Positions 10,801 through 22,179 of a stretch of DNA of 64,000 nucleotides are shown piece by piece. Position 1 is the first letter of the stretch; each line of letters opens with the position of its first letter. The notes under the pieces were generated by a model. It did not search any database and was not told the origin of the DNA. It worked only from the letters and a program-made list of their open reading frames with translations. Origin of the DNA: Geosiphon pyriformis uo1 (taxonomy: Eukaryota; Fungi; Glomeromycota); assembly GCA_016748015.1 (NCBI GenBank), contig JAAOMT010000772.1, forward strand, positions 127,541 to 191,540. The letters run 5' to 3'. A program made the position numbers and the translations under genes.

Positions 10801-11701
10801 TGTTACAGATGATTATTTCTGCTGTTGAATTAAATAACAAACCCGTAACTTGGTGCTCGAAAGCTACTTCCATTGATGATATCCTATAAGTGTTATATTT
10901 GAAGGTTTTGTATCTGAAGGCGTTATATCTGAAGGTTTTGATGGAGTTCTTTGTATAACAGACAGAGATTCAATAGTGTTGATAGTAGATGTATCTTTCC
11001 AAGAGTTTTCCCAATTTTTTTCTCAGCATGGTGGCTGGATTTAGTCTGGTAGTTGTGCCCTTCTAGTAAGCTATCCGATAATATATAAAATCCTACCCTT
11101 ATTTCTGGGTCTTTTACCAGGCTATCTTTGACGTCAATAACTCAGTGCTTAATCTCTTAATTAATTAGTATACAACAACAAAATCAAAGAAAGAAAGAAA
11201 ATAAAATAAAGAAAATAAATAAGAAAATAGAAAAAATAAGCCAAGGCAATTTGGTATGTTAGTATCTTGTTAATAGCTATAATCAAAAGCTATTGTTCCA
11301 GCATGGTTAAGTATCAATTACTATCAACATAAAGTGTTAATAGTGAAGAGTGGTTTTGAGATATGAAATATTTATTTATTTGATAATTTGTGTTCTGGGC
11401 TAAGGATTCTGTCTTATCAATTCTGTTTTTTCTGTTTCTAACACTACTGCTATATATACATAATTGAGATTCCTCAATTTCTCGATTCTTCACAACAGGA
11501 ATTCTGGAATTCTTGGAATCCTGCAATTTCTATGAGAGGAATTCTGGAATTCTGGAATTCTGCAATTTCTCGTCAGGGAATCCTGAAATTTCTGGGACCC
11601 TGTAATTCCTGAGAAGAATCCAGGAATTCTATATTTATTATATCTACTTCTGATTGACTAATAATTATGCTAATATATTTCCTATATTTCTATAAGTAAT
11701 A
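10801..11701 (-). repeat. 5' LTR of element B (901 bp)
   Basis: Direct repeat of 1508-2392, 16 bp longer through two extra CTGGAATT units. The outer terminus is mutated from CA to TA. Confidence 0.95.
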
Positions 11702-11858
11702 GTGGTTTTCAATGTATTGGTATACTGATTTTTTGATAACTTTAATTCCATCTGGAATGTTGAATCTTTGCTTGCAGTGGGTGTAAATTGACTGGTAATA
11801 TTCTAAAGTTGTTGTGTCTGGTGTGATCACCACTTTGAAGTTGTTTTTGCTGTGTTGT

Positions 11859-11876
11859 TTCTGTGGGAGAGCACCA
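11859..11876 (-). promoter_or_regulatory. Primer-binding site of element A
   Basis: TGGTGCTCTCCC... begins 2 nt after the LTR end. An eroded copy (aagagcatca) lies at 59421-59430. Confidence 0.8.
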
Positions 11877-11878
11877 AA

Positions 11879-12860
11879 TGTTACTGGAGGTTTTTGGTCT
11901 CTTTTCTTGAATGTTGTAAATATCAGTTGGTTGCAAATTCACATTTTCTAGAAGTAGTTGAACCTCTAATAACTGAATTTATCTTCAAATTATCTCCTAT
12001 AATTTGAACTGCTAGGCTTATAAGTGGAATGGCCAATTCCTTGCCAGTTACTTTATGTAGTTACATTGTAGTAAATGTCAACTCTTTCCCAGGAATTGCT
12101 CGTCTGGAAGCTTACTAAAAATGTGTAGTTACTTTGCTGTGAAAGTCAACTCTTTTACAGGAATCTTGTCTATAGGCTACCTTAATGATTGTAATAAGAA
12201 AATAAAAGAAAAATAAAAGAAAAATAAAAGAAATATAAAAGAAATAGAATTCTGTTAAGGGAAACACTTTCTATTCAGGTCTGGAGTCACTAACAGTTTA
12301 CTGAAATTGGTAGCTAATCAATTTCAAAACGTTAGTTGGGTTTTGGGGATTTTCCAAGTGCAATAATTAAAGAATTTGGTTTTTTGAATTATTTAATATT
12401 TATTTCTTTTTGTGTGTATAGGAATGGTTCTAAGAGATAAATCTAAAATAAGATACATTTTCTTGAAGAGAAAAGCTCTTCTTTTATATAACTTGTTGTA
12501 GTACTAGTCTATGAACTTGCACTTTTTTTCTTTGCTCGAATTTCGGCAAACTAAAGATATATTTTAATGAACTACAAGTTATTTCACTGAACTATTGATT
12601 AATTTGGGTGAACTATTCATAATTTCGGTGAATTTCTGTAAATTTTGATGAATTTTTGAATGTTACAAAGTTTAGGGTATTGTGTAATTTGATCATCTTA
12701 CTTTCTGTTATACTAATTAGATTATTTTAATTGAATCGTGATATGTGATAATTGATTAAATAATAAATGATAATTTGAAATAATATTAATATACTAATTA
12801 ATTATAGGAATTATAAGGGTAATTTCATGCTAATTAATAGCTAAAATTCTACTGATAACA
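11879..12860 (-). repeat. 5' LTR of element A (982 bp)
   Basis: Termini TGTTA...TAACA next to the PBS. Homologous to the LTRs at 51128-52064 and 59433-60997. Confidence 0.88.
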
Positions 12861-13455
12861 ATATATATCAGTAGCATTAGAGTAAAAAAAGACCAATCTC
12901 TCAGTTTAGATTTAATCTAAGCAATTTTTCACATTACAAAAATCAAATAAATAATTATTTACTATTTCAAATCCACTTTTTACTATCAACACTTTATGTT
13001 GATAGTAATTAATACTTAATCATACTAAAACAATAACTCTTGATTACAGCTATTAATAGGATACTAACTTTTATTGCTTTGACTTATTTTTTTATTTTAT
13101 TTTATTTTTTTTTTTGTTATTGTTTTGTTGTGTACTAATTAATTAAAGCACTGAGTTATTAACATCAAAAATTGTCTGATAAAAGACTCTTGTGAGTGGG
13201 TAGAGCATGTAAAGAAATTATAGATTATTTATTAGAGGAGTACCAGCCATCAAGCTAAAGAAAGAAATTAACAGAATTGTGATTCTGAGAAACTACAGAT
13301 AAAACAACTATTAAATCTCTGTCTATTATACAAAAAACTCAACCAAAACCTTCAGATACCAATATTTTCAGATCATCATCATCATAAATAGTTTTTGAGC
13401 ACCAAGTTACAGATTTTGTTATTTGATTTGAGATTCTAAATAATTACCTGTAACA
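12861..13455 (+). repeat. 3' two-thirds of a B-related LTR in opposite orientation (insertion target of element A)
   Basis: Aligns to the B LTR from the TATA region to the terminal ...GAGCACCAAGTTAC...ACCTGTAACA. No PBS follows, so it is a solo or 3' LTR. Confidence 0.85.
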
Positions 13456-14339
13456 ATACACTAAGCTTTTTGCTTCTAATTAAGTTTACAATATAATGTT
13501 TTTTTATTCAGCAACTATTATAAAAGTCAAGCAAAACTAACCTAACTCTGTATAAAATTATTTAATTAAAATATTTTATAAATAATTTGATTTTATTAAA
13601 GCTTAATTTTTTTGAAAAAAATAATATTATAATTAAAAATTATAATTTTTATTAATTATTACATATATTAATTACTAATATTATATAATTAATCACTTTA
13701 TTTTTACATAATAATTAATAAATTAATTATTAATTTGGTTATTGATTTGGTTATTAACTACTTTGAATACTTATATAATTAATAAATTTTTTAATTATAA
13801 AAAAATATATTAGAAAATACAAAATATTAAAATAATAAAAATTATTTTAAATATTCAATCTTTCTATATTATCTATTTTTTTTTCTAATTCTTTTAAGTA
13901 TTTAAACATTTATAAATAAAAAATTACTTGTTAATATTTATATATAACTATTAAATTTGAAGATTATTAAATAAATATTATTAAAAAGTATAATTAATAT
14001 TTAATATTAAATTTTAAATACATTAATATAAAGCATAGAATTATATTAGTGTGTTATTTTTTGTTAACAGTATAGATTATTTTTTTATCTTTAAATTTTT
14101 TTATTATCTTTAAAAAAAATAGTAAATAAGATATTTATAAAATTAATTTTACATATTAAATTTATACTAATTTAATTTATTCTTTAAAGTTGAATTATTT
14201 TTTAATTTTTAGAATTAATAAAAATTAAAGATTAATATATTAAAAAATATATTTAAAAGCTAATTTAAATTAAAATTAGTTAATATGTTTTTGTTGTTAT
14301 TATTTAAAACAAAAAATTTTTTTTATTTACAGTCATAAT

Positions 14340-14790
14340 AAAACTAAATACTATAATTAATATTAGTAATAAAAAACTGATAAAACAACAAAAAAAACAG
14401 AAAAAACCAAAGTTTTATTTCTTATAAGAAGAAAAATAGATTTTAAAACATTAAAATTATTAAAAATATCAAAAAAAATTGTTATTAAACATAGCAAAGA
14501 TATAAAAAGTTTGTTTTTTGGCCATTTTAACTATTTTTGTTATTTAAGTAACAATAAAAAAAAACAGAAAAAAAATTAATTTAATTATTAATTTCTTATT
14601 AAATTTTTTAAATTTTTTAAAAAAACAATAATTACATTAAAACTACTTTAAATAAGCCATTTTAAAAAATTTTAAAAAGAATAAACTTCTAATCAAAAAC
14701 AAAAAAAGTGTTTTTAAAACAATAAAAAACTATATAATTACTATTTTATTTAAAAAAATGTTTTTATAAAACATTATTATGTAATTTTTA
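14340..14790. repeat. Unidentified highly eroded dispersed repeat (second copy ~28010-28370)
   Basis: Collinear blocks such as taatttcttattaaattttttaaattttt...aattacattaaaactac versus taatttgttattaaatttttaaaatttt...aattacactaagatta, and aaacttcta..aaaac...gtgtttt. Confidence 0.5.
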
Positions 14791-14854
14791 TAATTATTAA
14801 TATTTTATTAATAAAAAAATTATTAATTGTTTTAAATAATAATAAAAATGCAGT

Positions 14855-17015
14855 CTTTTTATTTTTTATTTGGTTTAACAAATATGGCCTAATTACTATT
14901 TAGAAATCAAGAACAAATTAAGCATTTTAGGCTAAACATAGTTCATGTATTTTCTACATATAACCAGTTATTCAAGCCAGTTCAGACCAAATTACATTGT
15001 TACAATGGAAGTAAACTTACCCAAAACTAATATTTTCTGAATTCAAATAATTAAATATTATAAGAAACTAATCCAACTAGCCACTTAGCTGTTTTCAAGA
15101 AATCAGTCCTAACATTATTAGATTTATGTATCCAAAAAAACATCAAACTAGAAAATGTATTATTATCAACACTAATTAAATAATCTGAGTTATCAAATAT
15201 ATTCACATCTTTTATATAATACTTTTTTTTAATGAAACCACTTTTTTCCTTAATTTATTAATAATTTTGCTAAAAAAAATCCAGATGAACCATAAGTTTA
15301 TTAACTCTAAGGCTAAAAACACTGCTTAAAATCAAATTACCATTAATAAACTGTTTAAAAGTCATATTCAGAGAGCCAATAGGCCTAACAATAGACTCAA
15401 CCAAAACAGAAAGCTTAATTAATTAAATTTCAAAGAAGACAAATAAAACAGCACCAAAGAATTACCAACAACAACTGAAGAATGTGCAAAAAATAACATA
15501 GATAAAAATCCAAAAGAGTTTAAAGGAGCAGAAGCTTTAGCATAAGACTTAAAACCAATAAAACATAGTGTAAATACCTTGGAAATTTTGGAAGAAAAAA
15601 ACAAAGATATTTCACAGTTTGTAGTCAAATGGCTCATTTTTTGACACCTAAAACAATGTTGACAACCAGAAGTTTCCCACCTAATATGACACTTGCTTAA
15701 TATGGCACTCTTAATAATAGCAACATTCAGATCAACTTAAGATCTAAATGTAATCAGAACAAACTAGAAATAACAACTTTAATTAGGAAAGCAAAGAATA
15801 AAACATGTCTGACCACCAATCTGAGAAACCATATTACTGATTTTAAAAACAGTACAACCAGAAAAAAAATTAACCAACTTGGCTTTAAATCTATTATAAA
15901 ACAGAATAATCTTATTCTGATTTACCAAGAAGAAGATTTTAACACTATTTTTGTCCACCAAAACTGACCAATAATCTAAAATAAATACAGCAGAATCTAA
16001 CTTTTTAAAATGAACAATTACATATTGCTAAATACTAATAGATTTTAATACAATATAAACAATATTATTAAACACACTAAAAGTTGTTTTAATGTCAACA
16101 GCAGACACACTCAAAGACACATTACACAATACAACAGCAGCAGAAAGGAAACCAAACTTAGAAGCCACCAAAGACTTGGCAACTTTAAGAGTAGTTAAAT
16201 GAACAGAATTAGTAAGTTTAATCAAAAATACAGCTTTTAAAGACACTTAAAAGTAGCATCAGACATCAAAGTAAAGGCCACTTACTTAACAAACTTTTAA
16301 TAACTAGCAATAATTTTCCAAGCATTACCAATGACAGTACCAAAAACCAAAAGAAAAAATGATTCAGTTTCTATCTAATCAGCTCAGTTTTCAATAAGTG
16401 ACCCAATAGAAAATAGTTGTTTTGCTTTTAAAACCAGCAAGAATCTGCCAGAAAACACCACATTTGACAACACAGTCAATGGTTAATTTTGGCCCATCTT
16501 AGATAATATGCTGGATAAAGCAATAAAGATTTTATCTAAGATTTCAGTTAGAACCACAAAAAAATTTGATGTAACAATAGCAAAAACAAGTAACTGTTCC
16601 TATTTTTCTGAACTTTTGGTCTTTTTGACTATTTTTTTTAAAAAAAAGTGTTAGCAACACTTGATATTAAAATTATGAAAAAAAAACCAACTTGTTGACT
16701 AGTCTGTTATTAAAAAATTTTGGGCTCTTTAAAAAAGTAGAAGCCATACTAAAACTAATCCAAGTGTGTTTCTTTGAAAAAATTTTAACTGATAAAAAAG
16801 CAGTCAAAGATGAAAAAATTGCTTTAGTAGCCATTAAAGACAGCTTTTCACAATTATTAAATAAAAAAAAAACTTCTAAAACATTTTGCCTAGTTGTTTC
16901 TATAACAGAGAGAGTTTCTTTGGTTGAAATTTCATTAAATATCTCAGAAAAGATATTAAATACAGTTTTTTTACTCTTTGCTTTAATTGTGGTCATAAAA
17001 TTAAGGAGACAAGAG
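14855..17015 (-). mobile_element. Non-autonomous ORF1-only non-LTR retroelement (half-LINE), copy 1, degenerate
   Basis: Collinear with 28858-31125 (MTTIKAKSKK.../MITTRAKSKK...), with a knuckle remnant near 15620-15660. Its 3' UTR is shared with the LINE at 35.2 kb and it has an A-rich tail. No ORF2. Confidence 0.8.
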
Positions 17016-17949
17016 TTTTTTTTAGTTTTATTAAATAAAATATTAAACTTTTTTTTAAAAAATTTAAAACCAAAAAAAAATTTTATATTATTTATTTAAA
17101 AAAAATTATTTGGTTTTTTTAATAATTAAATAATAACAAAAAAATTAACAATAAAAAATAACAACTTTATTATTAATTTATATTTAAAAAACCTAAAACT
17201 TTTTACAATATTAACAATTATATTAAACTTATTTTTAATATATGATTTTAAAATTTATTAAAAAGAAAAATACTTTTAATAAAAAACAGAAAAAAATATT
17301 TTTTTAACAATTAAAACTGTTTTGGTTTTTTATTATTTAAAAATTTTAAAAAAAATTTGCTTTTTTTTACTTTTTATTTTAATTATAATTATAAAAAAAT
17401 AAAAAAAAAGAATTTAATACTTTTATATTTAATTTAAAAAAAATTAGAACAAATTAAATATTATTGTAAAAAATTATATTTAGTTTAAATAATTAATTAT
17501 GTATAAAAAATATATATTATAAATAAATAATAAATAGATTATACTTAATAAAATATTTTTTAAAAATAAAAATAAAAATTAATATACATATTTACAATTT
17601 ATTTTTTAATTTTATTAAATTGTAAAAATGTAAAATTATTTTATTAATAAATTTTATAAATAAAAATATAAACTATTATTGCAATTTATTATTATTTTAT
17701 TTTGATAAAAACATTTTATGAATAAAAATATAAACTATTATTAAGCAAAAAATATTATAATTTAATAATTAATTTAATATTTAATAATAAGTAATAGTTT
17801 AATAAATTAATTAATTTAAATTAAAACATTCATAACAATAGTCATAAAAATCATGGTTAAAAATTTAACTTTCAATATTATGTATAATAATACATTAATT
17901 TAATAATAATCAGTATTATGTGTTTTTTATAATTTAATTCCAACTTTAT

Positions 17950-18075
17950 ATTTGATTGGTACACATAAACAAATTAAACAATAAGAACTTTATTATTTCT
18001 AATTGTGTTGATTGGTGAGGATTTCATTGTCATCTAAAAACAAAAGGATGCAGATTCAGAATTCAGTTACGCGTA
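17950..18075 (+). promoter_or_regulatory. Putative rap1 promoter elements: two inverted CCAAT boxes (ATTGG ~17955, ~18011) and MCB-like ACGCGT (18069-18074)
   Basis: Motif matches within 200 bp upstream of the ATG in an otherwise G/C-poor region. Short motifs, function not shown. Confidence 0.35.
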
Positions 18076-18147
18076 GTTGAACTCTCGGTATATAGCTAAA
18101 AGTAATAACCACAAGAATTCAAAATACCTTCAATTCTTAAGGACCTA

Positions 18148-20844
18148 ATGTCAACTACTACCAATTCAAAAGGGAAACGCACACGCGTTCCTAGCAAAAG
18201 TATCAGGGCTAGCCCACAACGGGAGGGCAGCAGTAAAAAAACCGACCAAACAATCTTTACCAAAAAAGACGGCCAAAAGTACACTTTTTATGTTAAGAAG
18301 GATGTCCCCCAAAAAGATAAAATTGAAGAAATGATATATGTGAGGGTTTTTCGGTTATACATTTGTAGTATTTTTATTTAGATACGGTAATTTTGTAGCC
18401 ACGTTGTCAGGATACTAGTGGTTATTACCTTGTGAGGTTCTTAGAGGAAGGCATTTATTCAAATTGATATTCATATTCAGGAAGGTGGTGGCGAAGTTGT
18501 ACAAGGACCTACCCCTGGAGCATATACTCTTTCAGATCCGAGCAAACAAAATTTACAAACCGGTCAGTACGACTACCGGTTCATTTATGATTCGGTATCT
18601 GCACGTAGGATGATGAATATTGAAAAATATAAAGTCCCAACAGGTGGTCCTAAAAAAGGGTAATTTAATCTAGTTTTGCTACTTAATTGAGCATCTTCTA
18701 CTTCATTCAGATTCATCAATAATACTCTGATTCAATAGACGAACAATCTTCACTAAAGAAGAAGATGCTCAAATCCTCGCATACTTAATTGAACAACGAA
18801 ATGCAGGAAATCCTCTGCATGGGAATATCATCTATCAAAATTATCCATTGCTGGTGTGTAGTCTCATACAATTTCAATGCGACTTTAACCATGCTTCAAA
18901 AACTCATTCCGAATGTTAAATGAAAAAGGACGATCGTCATACATGGCAATCCATCAGACATAGAGCCAATAAACATATAATCCCCTTGCTTCCTGAGGAA
19001 GATGAAGATGAAGAGGATGAGGAAGACGAAGACGAAGAAATTGAAAGTGAGCATGTAGACGAACTGCAAGGATCGGAAATTGAGACCAGTGATGATAGTT
19101 GTCCAAAATCCAGTGTTAAACAGCTAACCGGAGAAGCTTCGCCAAAAAAAACTAGTTCCCGGTTACACAAGAATCGCTCCGAAGAGGATGGGGATGATGG
19201 AGATCAACGGGAAAGAAAGAATGAAAATCTTCAAATTCGTCAGCAAATAATTGAAACTGAAGATAAAGAGTCTGAAGATGAATCAGTTTATTATACTAGC
19301 ACAATTAAAATCGAAGTTGGAAAAAGTCCAGAAGCTCGAGGTTCTACCCCCAGGAGGCATTCCACTGTTGAAAAAGAGTCCGTCGTTTCATCTAAAATAT
19401 CTTCGAGTGTAATTCGACCTGCCTTATCTCCCAATAAAAAAACTTTGACCTCCCAGGATTCTACCAATTTCGAATCAAAACTTCGCAGCTCATCCAGAAT
19501 AGCTTCAAAATTAGCTCAAAATAATGCAAAATCTACACCTGTATTATCTCCCTCCACTCCTGCTTCAACATCCCTTGCGAATAATGTGAAAGTCACACCC
19601 GTATTATCTCCCTCCACTCCCGCTTCAACATCCCTTGCGAAAGAATCATCAATTCGAAAAAGATCTCTTGATGTCGAGAAAGAGCCTCGTATTTCACCCA
19701 GAACATCTTCGAGATTCGTCGAAACTAAATCAGATCTAACTGCCTTGCCATCAACATCAAATTACTCGTCAAAACTAGAAGTTAGTAAATTAGATCGCCC
19801 AAGAACATCCCTTCCGACCGATGAAGAATCAAATAAGATGTTTTGGAACCCTAATCATAATAAAACATTAGCTGATTCGTATACACATAATGATGACATT
19901 GAGATCAATCACAATGATAATAAATCAGAAGACAATACCTCTAATATTGATATCGAAAATGATCAAGATTTGGATATTCATGCACAAGACAGTAACATTG
20001 AGGAAGATGATGATGATGAAACCCCAAGGGACTTTTTGCGATTTAATGATGAATACACAGGGGAATTTCCCCAATCTCCATTGATTCCCAATAACAGCGA
20101 GTCACATCAAATCCCTTTATTGTCGACCCCCGCCACTGGAAAAACCATCGAAGATCCATTATCATCAAATACAACCATAATTAACTTCGAAACCCCTATT
20201 TCTTCAACCTCTGCGATCAAAGAAGCTTCTTCAAGGATGACAACACCATCGCCATCTAAAAGAGCCTTAGGTAAAAGACCTACTTCATCTATCCAAGTGG
20301 ATCACCCAGACCATTCTGTTAATAGGACGAAGCGTGCTAGACTTGAAATGTCACCATCCTCGATCAAACTGTTTGATATGTCAGAACTTGAAGAACCACC
20401 TACATCCTCAAATATTGCACATAGCGAGATATCCAAGATCGGAGCTGCAACTCCAATTGTATCAGCTCCCACACCACTAGATTTATTCACTCAGGATGTA
20501 TTTCAACTTGCCCTAGATCATGATGTGGCTCCAATTGAAGTTGTAAAAATGGTTCATGAAACAGGCGGTCGCTTGCCGATAGTCCGTGATGTAGTCATTA
20601 ATGGAAAAAATGGTGTGCGAATTCATCGTTTTTTTTTTGCGGTTTTTGCTAAATTCTCATAATCTATACTGTTTTTCATTCTTAAGCCTCAACTGAACGT
20701 TTTTTTTGGACTCAAGAAGAGGACGAGCAATTAAAATCCGGTTCAACCGTTGAATCACTCCGAGAAATCGAGCAAAAACATGGTAAAGAATTGTTCGCGG
20801 AGCGACTTCTATACCTTAGCAGATTCTCTGAGACAAAATCGTAA
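18148..20844 (+). CDS. RAP1: Telomere protein Rap1 / TERF2IP-like (BRCT-like, Myb, Rap1 C-terminal domain), ~775 aa; exons 18148-18339, 18481-18659, 18739-18853, 18929-20612, 20687-20844
   Basis: GT-AG introns give an open 2328-nt CDS. It has an N-terminal BRCT-like segment (IEEMIYEGGGEVV...YDYRFIYDS), a Rap1-type Myb (RTIFTKEEDAQIL...GNIIY...RHTWQSIRHR) and a C-terminal WTQEEDEQL...KHG...RLLYL. Confidence 0.85.
19520..19640 (+). repeat. 60-bp in-frame tandem duplication in rap1 (TPVLSPSTPASTSLA x2)
   Basis: Two near-identical 60-bp units visible directly in the sequence. Confidence 0.9.
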
Positions 20845-22179
20845 TTTTCTGTGAAATTCTTAATAATATTTACATTTTGGATGGCTTTTCATTACATTAT
20901 TTTATTCTATTTTCGCAAGCTCTAAACAAACTTCGTAAATTCCTCGTATAAATATTCACGTTTATCACAATTGAGTTTTTCTTTGATCGCTCAAAGTTTT
21001 AGATTTTCAATATAGCCATGAAATTAGCTTTCCAAGGCATGATCTTATTTGCCAAAATTGTTATTTTTGATAAATTTAATCACATTTCAGGTTGTTGGCT
21101 AGTCAGCAATATTAAAATTTAATCTAGCCAAATTTAATATAATTCTAGTTATTAAACTATTTTTTACTTTATGTATTACTAAAATTAAAAACATCAAATA
21201 TTAATGGTTTATTGCGAACATGACATTCAAAAATATAATATAATTATTTATAAACAAAATTATTAATTTAAATATGATTAATCTTATGTTATTTAATAGG
21301 ATTTGGAACAACAAAAAACTTACAAAAAACTTTCTTTTTAATTAAAAAGGTGAAATAAATTTATTATTTTTTAAAACTAGCAATTTAATTTCTATTTTAT
21401 TAATTAAAATTTAAAAAAACATTAATTATAGCAATTTATGTATAAATGATTATTTAATATTAAAATTATTAAACAAAATTACTATAATATAAAATAAAAA
21501 CCAAATTTAATGATTATAAATTTTTTTTAAAATAAAATTCTAAACTTATTTTTATTTATTCTATTTAAAACAATTTCAATTTTCAAAATCTAATTTAATA
21601 TTTCGATATTAATAAACGATATGATTTTTAAGATTGGACATATTTATATTAAAGATTATAATAATATCAAAGGTTTTACGTATTATTTTGGATTAATGTT
21701 AAATATTTAATTTAAAAATAATATCCAATAATGTAATACATTTTTATGTTTTATAGGTATAACAATATAACGATAAATGTTATTATTATTATTACAATTT
21801 AATTAATTAAGTATAATAAATTCAATATCCTGATATTAAGAATCATAAGAATTGTTTTCTTTTGTTTCAATTGATTAATTGAATGTGTAGTTTTTTGAAA
21901 TTCTTTTTTATGAAGCATCTGTTTTATTGCTTCAAAATTAAAATAATAATTTAATCTTGAATGAAATCTGCAAGATCGTATTTGGATATGAATAAAAGTG
22001 CCGTTCATGAGTCATACCGATTTTACATGTTTTTTTCTAGAAACTTCTAGGAGTCACATTGATTGTGTCCTCCCAGCTTTTCTAGCTTTCTCATCAAGTT
22101 TTAAAGATATTCATCTATTCTTTTGCCTTCGCTGAAGAGCTTGAGAACTGCAATAAACCCAGAGTTTAACCTGTCAAGA

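Larger units (their letters stand above)
1508..11701 (-). mobile_element. Full-length Ty3/Gypsy LTR retrotransposon, family B (gag-PR-Cys-rich-dUTPase-RT-RNaseH / IN + 3' extension), inactivated by stops
   Basis: Two LTRs (1508-2392 and 10801-11701), 4-bp TSD GTGG (1504-1507 / 11702-11705), PBS and PPT. Domain order RT-RH-IN is diagnostic of Ty3/Gypsy. Confidence 0.96.
1..12860 (-). mobile_element. Ty3/Gypsy LTR retrotransposon, family A (5' part only; interrupted at 1508-11701 by element B; continues beyond window start)
   Basis: 5' LTR at 11879-12860 (TGTTA...TAACA) with a PBS next to it. Gag sequence on both sides of element B (11702-~11850 and 1-1507) rejoins across the duplicated GTGG. 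Collinear with the eroded copy at 51128-60997. Confidence 0.9.
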
